From Macrostomum lignano (Eukaryota), in the NCBI GenBank assembly GCA_002269645.1, contig NIVC01001994.1, forward strand, positions 62,001 to 126,000: DNA of 64,000 nt, written 5' to 3'. Position numbers and translations under genes: made by a program. Numbering within the stretch: the first letter of the stretch is position 1; each line of letters starts with the position of its first letter. A model generated the notes under the pieces. The model was not told the origin of the DNA and did not search any database. It saw nothing but the letters and a program-made list of their open reading frames with translations. Positions 12,901 through 25,671 of the stretch are shown here, piece after piece.

Positions 12901-15900
12901 ATCGGGCCCTGCGGCAGAGATGGCTTGGATGGCGTCATCGACAGCGGACTGCTGCCGCTGCAGGTAGACAGCCGCCAGAGCCTCCTCCGCCTCGCGAGTT
13001 GGCCGCCCACTCAGTCGGAGCCTCTCCAGATCTTCCCTCGCTTCGTCGATCGCGGGGTCGTCCTGCCAGACCGGCTGCCCGCGCTGGGCCGGTCGCATCA
13101 GCGGGACTGCTTGCTCCGCAGCGGCTCGAACTGCAGCGCTCACCTCCGCGTACTCGGCTCCTCCACGCTTGTCGCCCAGCGCAGTGACAAAGGCACCAGC
13201 AAAGCGACGTCGCGTCTCGGCGTCCCTGAGCGCGCGGTAGTAGCGCTGCGGTGGCCGCTTTGGCGGACAGTAGAGCGGGTCCCGAAGCCGAAGGTCGCAG
13301 ATGAGCAGCCGATGGTCGGACCGCAGAGCCAGCGGCGTAATGGTGTGGCAGTTGGTGACGCGGCGGCGCTCACGAAAGCGCACAAGCACGTGGTCAAGCT
13401 GTGCCAGCCTCCGCGTAGCATTCCGGCCGGGCACGTTCCGCGGCCTCCGCTTGCAGCCCACGAAGGTCGCGAGCCTGCCCAGTGACTTGCGGAATCTGGT
13501 GTTGGCCGACACCATGTCCTGTCTCTCCAGGAAGTCCTCTAGCGCTCCGGTGTTGCCGTTCTCGCGCGCTGTCACAAACAGCGATCGCTCGGACCTACGC
13601 AGAACTGCGTTCAGGTCTCCGAGAATGACCACTGTGTCACGTTGCACCATCTCCTCCACCCGCACCGAGAGTTGCTCGAAGAAGGCCTGAGCGTCATCGG
13701 AGCGGGTAGCAGGCGGCGCATACACGCAGAACAGGCGGGTGTTCCGGCCGCGAAGCCGGACGTCGACCCAAAGCAGCCGAGAAGACAGGGAGATGCAGCG
13801 ATAGCTCTGCTGCAGCCTCGGTCCGATCAGCGCTCCAACTCCTCCACGGCCTCGCTCATCCGCTGAGGTGTACCAGAGTGTCCAACCGGTGCCCAGGTCC
13901 TCACAGTGAAGTCCGGGGTCGGCTCTGATAGACACCTCCTGTAGTGCAATGACATCACAGCTGAGGTCGAGCGCTAGCCTCGCCAGCAGCCCTCTCCGCC
14001 ATGTGGCCTTGAGAGTGCGGCAGTTCAGCGTCCCAACCCAAAGCGTGCCCTCTGGTATGGCTGGGGCTCGATGCTGGTGAGCCTCATGGTCCCCGGCGCC
14101 ACCCGGAAGATCCAATTGGGCCAGCGCAGCAGCAGCTCGGCGGGCGGCGCCACGTTGCTGACCTCGCCAGTTTTGCTCACGACGGCATTCAACTCGCCGA
14201 CGCGTGCTCCGCTGCCCTTGCTTGGTCCTGCCACATTTGGCCGCCGCAGCAGTTAAGCGCGGCTCTCCACTTTCACCATGAGGAGGTAGCGGCATTTATC
14301 TGCACCGTGGTGCAAATAAATTAAGACTGCAAATAAATTAAGACTGCAAATAAATTAAGACTGCAAATAAATTAAGACTGCAAATAAATTAAGACTGCAA
14401 ATAAATTAAGACTGCAAATAAATTAAGACTGCAAATAAATTAAGACTGCAAATAAATTAAGACTGCAAATAAATTAAGACTGCAAATAAATTAAGACTGC
14501 AAATAAATTAAGACTGCAAATAAATTAAGACTGCAAATAAATTAAGACTGCAAATAAATTAAGACTGCAAATAAATTAAGACTGCAAATAAATTAAGACT
14601 GCAAATAAATTAAGACTGCAAATAAATTAAGACTGCAAAAAAATTAAGACTGCAAATAAATTAAGACTGCAAATAAATTAAGACTGCAAATAAATTAAGA
14701 CTGCAAATAAATTAAGACTGCAAATAAATTAAGACTGCAAATAAATTAAGACTGCAAATAAATTAAGACTGCAAATAAATTAAGACTGCAAATAAATTAA
14801 GACTGTAAATAAATAAAGACTGCAAATAAATTAAGACTGCAAATAAATTAAAACTGCAAATAAATTAAGACTGCAAATAAATTTAGATAACTAAGATAAT
14901 TAAGATACTACTGAAAGTACCACTACTAAACTTTTTAACATTGATAAAAGTAAGAATTTGTTAGTATTTTATTGTACTATATAAGGTATAATTTTTAAGT
15001 TTTTGAATCTGTGATGCAATTTATACTAAGCATCTTTGTTTTATTTTACCTCTAATATTTAATTTTTTTAATATATAATTAAAGCTACAGTAAACTACAG
15101 AATGTGACTGCAATTAAAATTACCATTTTTCTATAGTTATAGCCATAAGAGCAACTATCTACCATAGGCATATTCATAGCTGCTATAGGCACCTATTTTA
15201 CCATATTTGCTGTAAAATCCCATAGCTGTAGCCATAGCTATAGTGGAACACTAGTTTGAGTCCAACTGCATATTTCAACAATTGGATAAGTAGAGTTCCT
15301 CATTGCTACTTGGAATTAAAATACTTTTTTTGCCATAAAAAAACAAAAAATCTAGTTACTCCTAGCTTGCTACTGGGTACATGTATACATAGTGTAGTCT
15401 GGACCATCTTCTTTACATGTAGTCCCTTTGCTTGAATGATACTATATAAACTGCATAATATACTTGTATTCATACTTTTTCTATAGCTTTCCTGTCCGAG
15501 TCTTGGCAGTATTGTACTATCCTTTTGTATAGTTACCACTACTATAAAGATGGTCATGTAACCACTATTGCATATACTCTTGTAGTAATCCTAACTTCAA
15601 AATAAAATAGTACTCATTAATAAACTAAATAAACATTTGAATTTGAGCTAGATATTTGTGCAACTTTATGGCTAAAGTTTATTATAAATTATTAAAGCTA
15701 TTTTGAGTATATTTATAGTGCTTGAAGAGTTTAAATCCAGGACAAGTGTTTTTGGATATATTTTAAATATTCCCAACTCGCTACTTGTTAGTAGTATTCT
15801 CAAAATTACAAAATATTGCCCTATTGACGTTTTCCTTAGAAATCAGCCGCGCCAGGAGCCATCTCTACCATCAGAATGGATCCTCTCGTCGTCACACCGA

Positions 15901-18900
15901 AGACCTACCCGAAGGCGAAGGCCCGATCGTAACTGTGCAAGAGAAAGTTTACATCCCTGTGAAAGAGAATCCTAATTATAATTTTGTTGGCAGACTGCTC
16001 GGCCCGCGAGGCATGACAGCTAAGCAGCTGGAGACCGATCTGGATTGCAAGATTATGGTTCGCGGGAAAGGCTCCATGCGGGACAAGAAAAAAGTTAGTG
16101 GGTCAGCTGTGCTTCTTGTTTTCTTCACATCATCTAGTCTTTAATATTAGTTGTAGGTTAATCCATTCAACTAGTGTGCATGATATATTTACTGGCTACA
16201 GATGTGAGTTTGTGCATTTTAATTGAGTCGGACTAGTAGCTGGTAGATAGATTACACTAGAATGACTAGTGGTAGATAGATTACACTGTAATGACTAGTG
16301 GTAGATAGATTACACTGTAATGACTAAATAGATAGATTACACTGTAATGACTAAATAGATAGATTACACTGTAATGGCTAGTGGTAGATAGATTACACTG
16401 TAATGACTAGTGGTAGATAGATTACACTGTAATGACTAGTGGTAGATAGATTACACTGTAATGACTAGTGGTAGATAGATTACACTGTAATGACTAGTGG
16501 TAGATAGATTACACTGTAATGACTAAATAGATAGATTACACTGTAATGGCTAGTGGTAGATAGATTACACTGTAATGACTAGTGGTAGATAGATTACACT
16601 GTAATGACTAAATAGATAGATTACACTGTAATGACTAGTGGTAGATAGATTACACTGTAATGACTAGTGGTAGATAGATTACACTGTAATGACTAGTGGT
16701 AGATAGATTACACTGTAATGACTAAATAGATAGATTACACTGTAATGACTAAATAGATAGATTACACTGTAATGGCTAGTGGTAGATAGATTACACTGTA
16801 ATGACTAGTGGTAGATAGATTACACTATAATGACTAGTGGTAGATAGATTACACTATAATGACTAGTGGTAGATAGATTACACTATAATGACTAGTGGTA
16901 GATAGATTACACTATAATGACTAGTGGTAGATAGATTACATTATAAGGAGTGGCGGTAAATATTCTATGAAAAGCCACTAATAATTTTGAGCTCAACAGT
17001 CTCCAGTTGATTTTAATAAAAGAAAAGAATTAACTAATTGATTATTACAACTGTAACATCCAGGAAGATCAGAATCGCGGCAAGCCAAATTGGGAGCACC
17101 TGTCCGAGGATTTGCACGTTCTCGTATCGGTTGAAGATCATCAGAATCGAGCCGAGATCAAAGCCAAACGAGCCGCAGATGAAATTCGAATTTTCCTTGA
17201 ACAGGCGGTTAAAATGGTATGAACTTATTTGCAATTTGGTTGTTTTACTAGATACAAAAACTACACAATATATTTGCCAAGAACCGCTACAGTCGTATAA
17301 CAGGACTTGAAATTCAAAAATATTTTTTCATGAAAATATCCATGATAGGATCTGATCTAGGGCAGTGAATATTACCATTCCTTAAATTTAGCATGTACAA
17401 CATTATTCGCCATTTTTGTTGGTTTAAATGCATACTAGTTGCTATATTCCTACACCTGTCTAAATAATTATAGGTAGACAATGTTTACTAATATATATTT
17501 TCGTATTATTATTGACCTAGACTTAGGCCTCGCTTAAGGCTAGCTTCTCTGCCTCAAATCAAATGCAATCATTGTATTGTCCAGTAGAAAACAGGCCTAA
17601 ATATTTGATCCTTGACATTTGCTTGCATTTCTACTTGTCAGTAGTGCATTTAATGCTTGGTTTCAATACAAATTTAGCCGGAGAACGAGGACAGATTAAA
17701 ACAAATGCAACTAATGGAGGTTGCCGCTATGAATGGTAAAAAATTGCCCTGCTTTATTATCTGACAGTAAATATAACCCATCATTCTGCCGTGTTTTAAT
17801 CCTTTTTAATCATATTCTTAATCGCTTTTTCACCAATATAGTTTTATATACAATATTTATAGTATTACAATATTTACACTCTAAAAAGCATTAATTATTT
17901 AACATTTCGTTAATCCCGCGGTAATTAGCAACAAAATGGCGAAGACTCGGCCAAGCGCTGTCAACTGGCCGAGTTTGCCCTGTTGAAAGGCAATTTTCGG
18001 CCACCACTGTCCGGACAGCAGGGTGTCCGAGTGTTTAACTGTCTACAATTGGCTGGGCAGTTGCGTAAGGCCCTACAAGTCTGTGTTGTTGGCATGATGT
18101 TGTCGTAGTGCTGTGATTGCTATGTTGTGATACTGCACAAAGACTACTTGTCCCTGTGTTCTCATTGATTATTAAAGCATGTTTAACATGCGATTCTCTG
18201 TTGTGATGCTGCACAAAGACTACATTAATAAATAAGTTCGAAAATTTAGAATAAAAATTCCTAAATAATATAAAACACCAACTTGTTTTTGTCATTTTGT
18301 CATTTGTCAAAAAATACGCTTATGTTGGCAACTCATTGCTATTTGCCACTCAAATTTATAACAAATTCTTAGAATATGGTAAACAGAATTTAAAATTTTA
18401 GAAAAAAACATTTGCGATTTGAATTCAAACAAAAAATGATTTCAATATGGCTTTTTAGTTCTCTTTCAAATTTAATTTGTTGGCATCAACCTTAGAAAAA
18501 CGGGTTGTCAATTTGGCATTGGGGTTCAAATCCCCATTGGTGTACCATTGAGCCCATTGAGCCTTCAAAAACATTTCCAGAAACGACTTTTTTTACAATA
18601 CCTAGATAGATACCGACAGACAATTTTTTAGTATATGGATATAATAAATGTACTTTTAACCCAAACTTGTAAACTATTCATATTGAAGATACTAACAAGT
18701 AGGATGATAAGAATGATGTTGCTAATGTTGTGAATGTTGTGTTTTAAATAACATTGTAACAAATATTGCACTAAACAATATTCTCTTCAAATTTATTTTA
18801 ATTGCACGCAAAAGCTAATAGACTTATATAATGTATAATTTGCGCTAGTAACTAGATATAACAAAAATTAGCATTGTCTGTTGTAGTTAGTGTTTTGTAT

Positions 18901-19110
18901 GTTTATATCAATATGGTTTGATAGAATATATTACTTAAAAATAAATACCCTCAACAAGTTAGTACTTGTATGATAATTATTTGGTATTGCTTGTGTTATT
19001 TGATACTACTGTTCGTTTTATACTACTGTTATACAGCTAAGAGTAGTATCGTAATAGTATAATTCTGCTTCTACTACCACTACTGCTACTACTGCTACTA
19101 TTACTACTGT

Positions 19111-19165
<55 letters not shown>

Positions 19166-19197
19166 GCTACTACTACTACTGCTACTATTACTACTGT

Positions 19198-19231
<34 letters not shown>

Positions 19232-19257
19232 GCTACTATTACTACTGTTACTACTGT

Positions 19258-19291
<34 letters not shown>

Positions 19292-19383
19292 GCTACTACT
19301 ACTACTACTGCTTCTATTACTACTGCTACTACTACTACTACTACTACTACTGCTACTACTACTACTGCTACTATTACTACTGT

Positions 19384-19414
<31 letters not shown>

Positions 19415-19431
19415 GCTACTAATACTACTGT

Positions 19432-19465
<34 letters not shown>

Positions 19466-19502
19466 GCTACTACTGCTACTACTACTACTACTACTACTAC
19501 TG

Positions 19503-19534
<32 letters not shown>

Positions 19535-19662
19535 GCTACTATTACTACTGTTACTGCTACTACTACTACTACTACTACTGCTACTACTACTACTACTGCT
19601 ACTATTACTACTGTTACTACTACTACTGCTACTACTACCACTACTGCTACTATTACTACTGT

Positions 19663-19693
<31 letters not shown>

Positions 19694-19767
19694 GCTACTA
19701 TTACTACTGTTACTACTACTACTACTACTACTGCTACTACTACTACTACTGCTACTATTACTACTGT

Positions 19768-19798
<31 letters not shown>

Positions 19799-22700
19799 GC
19801 TACTACTACTACTGCTACTATTACTACTGTTACTACTACTACTACTACTGCTGCTACTACTACTACCACTACTATTATTATTATTATTATTATTCAACGA
19901 GCAAAATGTGCTAGGCTACTACTAACAAGAGTATCAATTCAAGCTTATCTCGTCTTTTTGGCCTAATTTATCCAAATAATCAAATTTAAATTTATAACAA
20001 ATTTTATACCCGTCGCAGAGGCCACCCGAGCGTCAAACGCGGCCAATGCGCTGTCCATGGCCGCTGCCGCCGCGGCTGCCCAGCAACAGCAGCAGCAGTT
20101 TAATCCTGCCAGCTTTCTCCGCTTGCCAACGTCTGTCGCCGCTGTCGGACTTCAACAGCAGCAACAGCAGCAACTCGCTGCCCAGCAGTTGCTCCTACAG
20201 CAGGGCCATCTTGGCGGCTTGCCAATTTTTCAAACGCCGGTCGTGTCCGCGGCGGGTTCGGGCGCTCCTAGCAGCGCCGACCTGTCCGCCTATCTGATGG
20301 CGGCCGCCGCCGCCGCAGCCACTTCGACGTCGTCTGCCGTCAGCAGCGGCGGCGCTGTCGATCCGTCGACATCCTCCATCATGTCGTCACTGATCTCCTA
20401 CCCTGGCGGGGCAGCAGCCGCCGCCGCTGCTGCTGCTGCTGCCGCTTCTGGTGGACTCGACATGGGCGGTCAGACTGGTGAGTTTTTTTGCTGTGCGTTT
20501 CATCAAGTAGGAGCTTCGAGTGTGTGAAGCATCAAGCTTGTTAAGCATCGAGCTTGTAAAGCATCAAGTGTGTGAAGCATCGAGCTTGTGAAGATTAGAG
20601 CTTGTGAAGCATCGAGCTTGTAAAGCATCAAGTGTGTGAAGCATCGAGCTTGTGAAGATTAGAGCTTGTGAAGCATCGAGTGTGTGAAGCATCGAGTGTG
20701 TGAAGCATCGAGCTTGTGAAGCATCGAGTGTGTGAAGCATCGAGCTTGTGAAGCATCGAGCTTGTGAAGCATCGAGCTTGTGAATATCGAGCTTGTGAAG
20801 ATCGAGCTTGTGAAGATCGAGCTTGTGAAGATCGAGCTTGTGAAGATCGAGCTTGTGAAGATCGAGCTTGTGAAGATCGAGCTTGTGAAGATCGAGCTTG
20901 TGAAGCATCGAGCTTGTGAAGCTTCGAGTGTATGAAGCATCGAGCTTGTGAAGCATCGAGCTTGTGAAGCATCGAGCTTGTGAAGCATCGAGTGTGTGAA
21001 GCATCGAGCTTGTGAATATCGAGCTTGTGAAGCATCGAGCTTGTGAAGATCGAGCTTGTGAAGATCGAGCTTGTGAAGATCGAGCTTGTGAAGATCGAGC
21101 TTGTGAAGCATCGAGCTTGTAAAGCATCAAGTGTGTGAAGCATCGAGCTTGTGAAGCATCGAGCTTGTGAATATTTGAGCTTGTGAAGCATCGAGCTTGT
21201 GAAGCATCGAGCTTGTGAAGCATCGAGTGTGTGAAGCATCGAGTGTGTGAAGCATCGAGCTTGTGAAGCATCGAGTGTGTGAAGCATCGAGCTTGTGAAG
21301 CATCGAGCTTGTGAAGCATCGAGCTTGTGAATATCGAGCTTGTGAAGATCGAGCTTGTGAAGATCGAGCTTGTGAAGATCGAGCTTGTGAAGCATCGAGC
21401 TTGTGAAGCTTCGAGTGTATGAAGCATCGAGCTTGTGAAGCATCGAGCTTGTGAAGCATCGAGTGTGTGAAGCATCGAGCTTGTGAAGATTTGAGCTTGT
21501 GAAGCATCGAACTTGTGAAGCATCGAGCTTGTGAAGATTCGAGTGTGTGAAGCATCGAGCTCGTGGAGCTTCGAGTGTATGAAGCATCGAGCTTGTGAAG
21601 CATCGAGCTTGTGAAGCATCGAGCTTTTGAATATCGAGCTTGTGAAGCATCGAGCTTGTGAAGATCGAGCTTGTGAAGATCGAGCTTGTGAAGATCGAGC
21701 TTGTGAAGCATCGAGCTTGTGAAGCATCGAGCTTGTGAAGCATCGAGCTTGTGAAGATCGAGCTTGTGAAGATCGAGCTTGTGAAGCATCGAGTGTGTGA
21801 AGCATCGAGCTTGTGAAGATTTGAGCTTGTGAAGCATCGAACTTGTGAAGCATCGAGCTTGTGAAGATTCGAGTGTGTGAAGCATCGAGCTCGTGGAGCT
21901 TCGAGTGTATGAAGCATCGAGCTTGTGAAGCATCGAGCTTGTGAAGCATCGAGCTTGTGAATATCGAGCTTGTGAAGCATCGAGCTTGTGAAGATCGAGC
22001 TTGTGAAGATCGAGCTTGTGAAGATCGAGCTTGTGAAGATCGAGCTTGTGAAGATCGAGCTTGTGAAGATCGAGCTTGTGAAGATCGAGCTTGTGAAGAT
22101 CGAGCTTGTGAAGATCGAGCTTGTGAAGCATCGAGCTTGTGAAGCTTCGAGTGTATGAAGCATCGAGCTTGTGAAGCATCGAGCTTGTGAAGCATCGAGC
22201 TTGTGAAGCATCGAGTGTGTGAAGCATCGAGCTTGTGAAGATTTGAGCTTGTGAAGCATCGAACTTGTGAAGCATCGAGCTTGTGAAGATTCGAGTGTGT
22301 GAAGCATCGAGCTCGTGGAGCTTCGAGTGTATGAAGCATCGAGCTTGTGAAGCATCGAGCTTGTGAAGCATCGAGCTTGTGAAGCATCGAGCTTGTGAAG
22401 CATCGAGCTTGTGAAGCATCGAGCTTGTGAAGCATCGAGTGTGTGAAGCATCGAGTGTGTGAAGCATCGAGCTTGTGAAGCATCGAGTGTGTGAAGCATC
22501 GAGCTTGTGAAGCATCGAGCTTGTGAAGCATCGAGCTTGTGAAGCATCGAGCTTGTGAAGATCGAGCTTGTGAAGATCGAGTGTGTGAAGCATCGAGCTT
22601 GTGAAGATTTGAGCTTGTGAAGCATCGAACTTGTGAAGCATCGAGCTTGTGAAGATTCGAGTGTGTGAAGCATCGAGCTCGTGGAGCTTCGAGTGTATGA

Positions 22701-24337
22701 AGCATCGAGCTTGTGAAGCATCGAGCTTGTGAAGCATCGAGCTTGTGAATATCGAGCTTGTGAAGCATCGAGCTTGTGAAGATCGAGCTTGTGAAGATCG
22801 AGCTTGTGAAGATCGAGCTTGTGAAGATCGAGCTTGTGAAGATCGAGCTTGTGAAGATCGAGCTTGTGAAGATCGAGCTTGTGAAGCATCGAGCTTGTGA
22901 AGCTTCGAGTGTATGAAGCATCGAGCTTGTGAAGCATCGAGCTTGTGAAGCATCGAGCTTGTGAAGCATCGAGTGTGTGAAGCATCGAGCTTGTGAAGAT
23001 TTGAGCTTGTGAAGCATCGAACTTGTGAAGCATCGAGCTTGTGAAGATTCGAGTGTGTGAAGCATCGAGCTCGTGGAGCTTCGAGTGTATGAAGCATCGA
23101 GCTTGTGAAGCATCGAGCTTGTGAAGCATCGAGCTTGTGAATATCGAGCTTGTGAAGCATCGAGCTTGTGAAGATCGAGCTTGTGAAGATCGAGCTTGTG
23201 AAGATCGAGCTTGTGAAGATCGAGCTTGTGAAGATCGAGCTTGTGAAGATCGAGCTTGTGAAGATCGAGCTTGTGAAGATCGAGCTTGTGAAGATCGAGC
23301 TTGTGAAGATCGAGCTTGTGAAGCATCGAGCTTGTGAAGCTTCGAGTGTATGAAGCATCGAGCTTGTGAAGCATCGAGCTTGTGAAGCATCGAGCTTGTG
23401 AAGCATCGAGCTTGTGAAGCATCGAGTGTGTGAAGCATCGAGCTTGTGAAGATTTGAGCTTGTGAAGCATCGAACTTGTGAAGCATCGAGCTTGTGAAGA
23501 TTCGAGTGTGTGAAGCATCGAGCTCGTGGAGCTTCGAGTGTATGAAGCATCGAGCTTGTGAAGCATCGAGCTTGTGAAGCATCGAGCTTGTGAAGCATCG
23601 AGCTTGTGAAGCATCGAGCTTGTGAAGCATCGAGCTTGTGAAGCATCGAGCTTGTGAAGCATCGATCTTGTGAACAGTGGTGTGATTCAGGCGCGAATTC
23701 GCGCCAGGCGCGAAAATGGCGCGAATGCGCGAATCCTGGGGGTCTGGCGCGAAATTTTGTGGAACCATGGGCGCGAAAATTGCATTCTTATTTTCTGCTT
23801 TTTACACTTATTCTCTTGTCAGACAGTATGAAATACAAGAATGTCATAGCTTAGGAGATTAATCTAACAAACTGAGTTCAATCTCAGGCGTCAGCAGCAG
23901 AATGTGCAGAAGAAGAAACAGAAGAAGGCAGGGAAGCTAGCTGAGCTCGTCTTAAAGCGCAAGGCTGCTGAGCTGCTGTCAACGTCGTCAATCACCAGCA
24001 CGAGCAGTCGTCTGTCTGCAGACATCGCCAACAAGAAGTTCAGGGGGGACACGGCTGTGACTTAAGAGACATGCTAATTGGTAGCCAGACGCATCTTCAA
24101 AAGTGTCATCAATTGACTTATTTGGCTGTCAGTAGAATTTTATTGGCATGGCGCGAAAATTTTCAGTCGGCGCGAAATTTGGCAAACTTTCCAATCACAC
24201 CACTGCTTGTGAAGATCCGAACTGTATCATTATTTGCCCCCTGTGTTGCAGGTCCAATGAAGTCGCGACAGCATGTGGGCGGCGGTGCTGGTGGCAGCGG
24301 TGCCAGGAACCACCCGTACAGCAGGCCTGGTTTCTAG
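9969..24337 (+). CDS. QKI: STAR/GSG-family KH RNA-binding protein (quaking/how/asd-2-like); exons 9969-10182, 15840-16093, 17064-17216, 17678-17735, 20019-20477, 24252-24337
   Basis: QUA1 [22 protein letters not shown]|EISR; [36 protein letters not shown]|[20 protein letters not shown]; QUA2 [11 protein letters not shown]; Ala/Gln-rich exon; C-terminal RNHPY. All introns GT-AG with consistent phases. Orthology to QKI rather than another STAR paralog is inferred. Confidence 0.92.
10915..14310 (-). mobile_element. Near full-length RTE-like LINE (single ORF, APE endonuclease plus RT) in intron 1, antisense
   Basis: [35 protein letters not shown] (APE); [31 protein letters not shown] (RT). One in-frame TGA at 12001-12003 and a MITE at 11537-11834 interrupt it. 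Confidence 0.93.
11537..11834. mobile_element. 298-bp MITE, perfect 14-bp TIR CATACATGCGCAAC, 8-bp TSD
   Basis: TSD ccggcacg at 11529-11536 and 11835-11842; excision restores [12 protein letters not shown] in the LINE frame. Confidence 0.93.
14311..14883. repeat. 17-bp minisatellite (tgcaaataaattaagac)n
   Basis: About 33 nearly identical units abutting the LINE 5' end. Confidence 0.97.
16245..16945. repeat. 29/27-bp minisatellite (gactagtggtagatagattacactgtaat)n
   Basis: Read directly; intron 2 of the STAR gene. Confidence 0.96.
19070..19895. repeat. Compound (TAC)n/(TGC)/(TAT)n microsatellite
   Basis: Read directly. Confidence 0.97.
20510..23674. repeat. 15/16-bp complex satellite (gaagcatcgagcttgt / gaagatcgagcttgt) with higher-order blocks
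   Basis: Fills intron 5 of the STAR gene; variant blocks recur. Confidence 0.97.
23675..24205. mobile_element. 531-bp hAT-like non-autonomous element
   Basis: TIR cagtggtgtgatt / aatcacaccactg; TSD cttgtgaa at 23667-23674 and 24206-24213; subterminal ggcgcgaa repeats; internal ORF-like remnant ending in TAA. Confidence 0.9.
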
Positions 24338-25104
24338 TGGCCAAAAACATGGATCTTTGTGTGTCCGTCATTTATTAATATTATTAATAATCGAATCTAA
24401 TTTGTTTATCAACAATCTGATATTCTACTATCGGGCATATCTGAAGCGTGTTGTAATCATATTGAAAATTTAGCTTCCATAGGTAATGTTTTGCGCATAG
24501 TAGTTTTTTCTGTATGATAATTGAATTGAATTTATTGTATAATTTATCATTATAATTTGTTTTATATCTGCGACACAGCTGGACTTTTGTATCGATTTTA
24601 ACTAGTGTCTGTAATCTTTGTTTGCTATATATTCGTTTATTTAAACAACCACGCAAAGAAACATAAATGGCTTTGTCTCTCAATTTTAATTTTGACTATT
24701 TTGTCACAAAAATATTTATTTACATACGTTTTTATTTTTATAATGTCTTCACTTTACTATACTGTTGCTGAATCTTTTTTGACTTTTATAATGTAAGTAT
24801 TGGTCTCATTATTCTGTTGTTTTGTTGTCCAATTAGTTAGCTACGAGTATCTGCTTTTACAATCTCTCTGTTTAGCTGTTTTTTTTAAACTGGTGCTCCT
24901 GTGTGTTTTTTATTATTATAACATCTTTTCAGCTTCGAAGTTGAAAGGGTGGGTGTGTTAAGCCTGAGTAGCAAGCTATTTAAAAAAATCAGTGGAAAAC
25001 ATTCTTTAAATTCCGCCAACCCTGAGCAGGCACACACTCACACAGAAGTGTACAGCGGCCCTAGCTTAGACATGTACACTTCACTGTGCCTTTTGAATTG
25101 TATC

Positions 25105-25300
25105 ATAAGGGTTAGAGCGACTTGAAGGTCGGTGGTTCGATTCCCGATGCCACTGAAACAATTTGTGTTTGTTGAGCAAAGACACTTAACTCTGCATTGC
25201 TTCAGTTCACCCAGCTGTAAAATGGGTGCCAGCATTAGCTGGGGTGATTGAGGCTGTGTGTGGCGACCCCCCAGTCCTTGGGATTGTAATCTATTATTAT
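25105..25300 (+). mobile_element. tRNA-derived CORE-type SINE
   Basis: Partial A box ggttagagcg, B box ggttcgattcc, CORE-like gagcaaagacacttaact...ctgtaaaatggg, (tat)n tail; second copy at 34250. Confidence 0.72.
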
Positions 25301-25671
25301 TATTGTTATTTAGGGTTGGCTATTTAATTGATTGGCTCTCTCACTAATGATTAAATTGCTTGCTCTTGGGTTTAATTGGATTGCTATATTTTGCATGCCA
25401 TTATTGTTTGCAAATATTGCGTCAAGTTTCTCATTATGTCCTACAATTTAATTATACCCTTTAAGCAGCAGCTGCCAAATTCTATGTTTGGGAATTAAAT
25501 ATATATAATATATATATAACATTTTGTGTGCCTATTAGTGGTCACAACCGACAGTTTTCACGTGTTTTTTGTCTGTCTGTCTGCTTGTGCCAATACATCA
25601 TTCGATGACAAAACAAATTGTGTTAATCAGCCTTCCTTACTGTTTTTTATTTGCTTGCTAACATATATAAC

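Noticed and set aside
11975-13866. Plus-strand 330 aa ORFs over the LINE
   Set aside because: Antisense shadows of a GC-rich RT ORF.
17930-18035. Small hairpins as a Helitron/Helentron end
   Set aside because: No convincing terminal CTRR or subterminal repeat pair.
19018-19897. Poly-Val and poly-Ser ORFs
   Set aside because: (TAC)n microsatellite translations.
20564-23768. 800-1046 aa ORFs (LHKLD, ARCFTSS repeats)
   Set aside because: Translations of a 15/16-bp intronic satellite open in all three minus frames; not evidence of coding.
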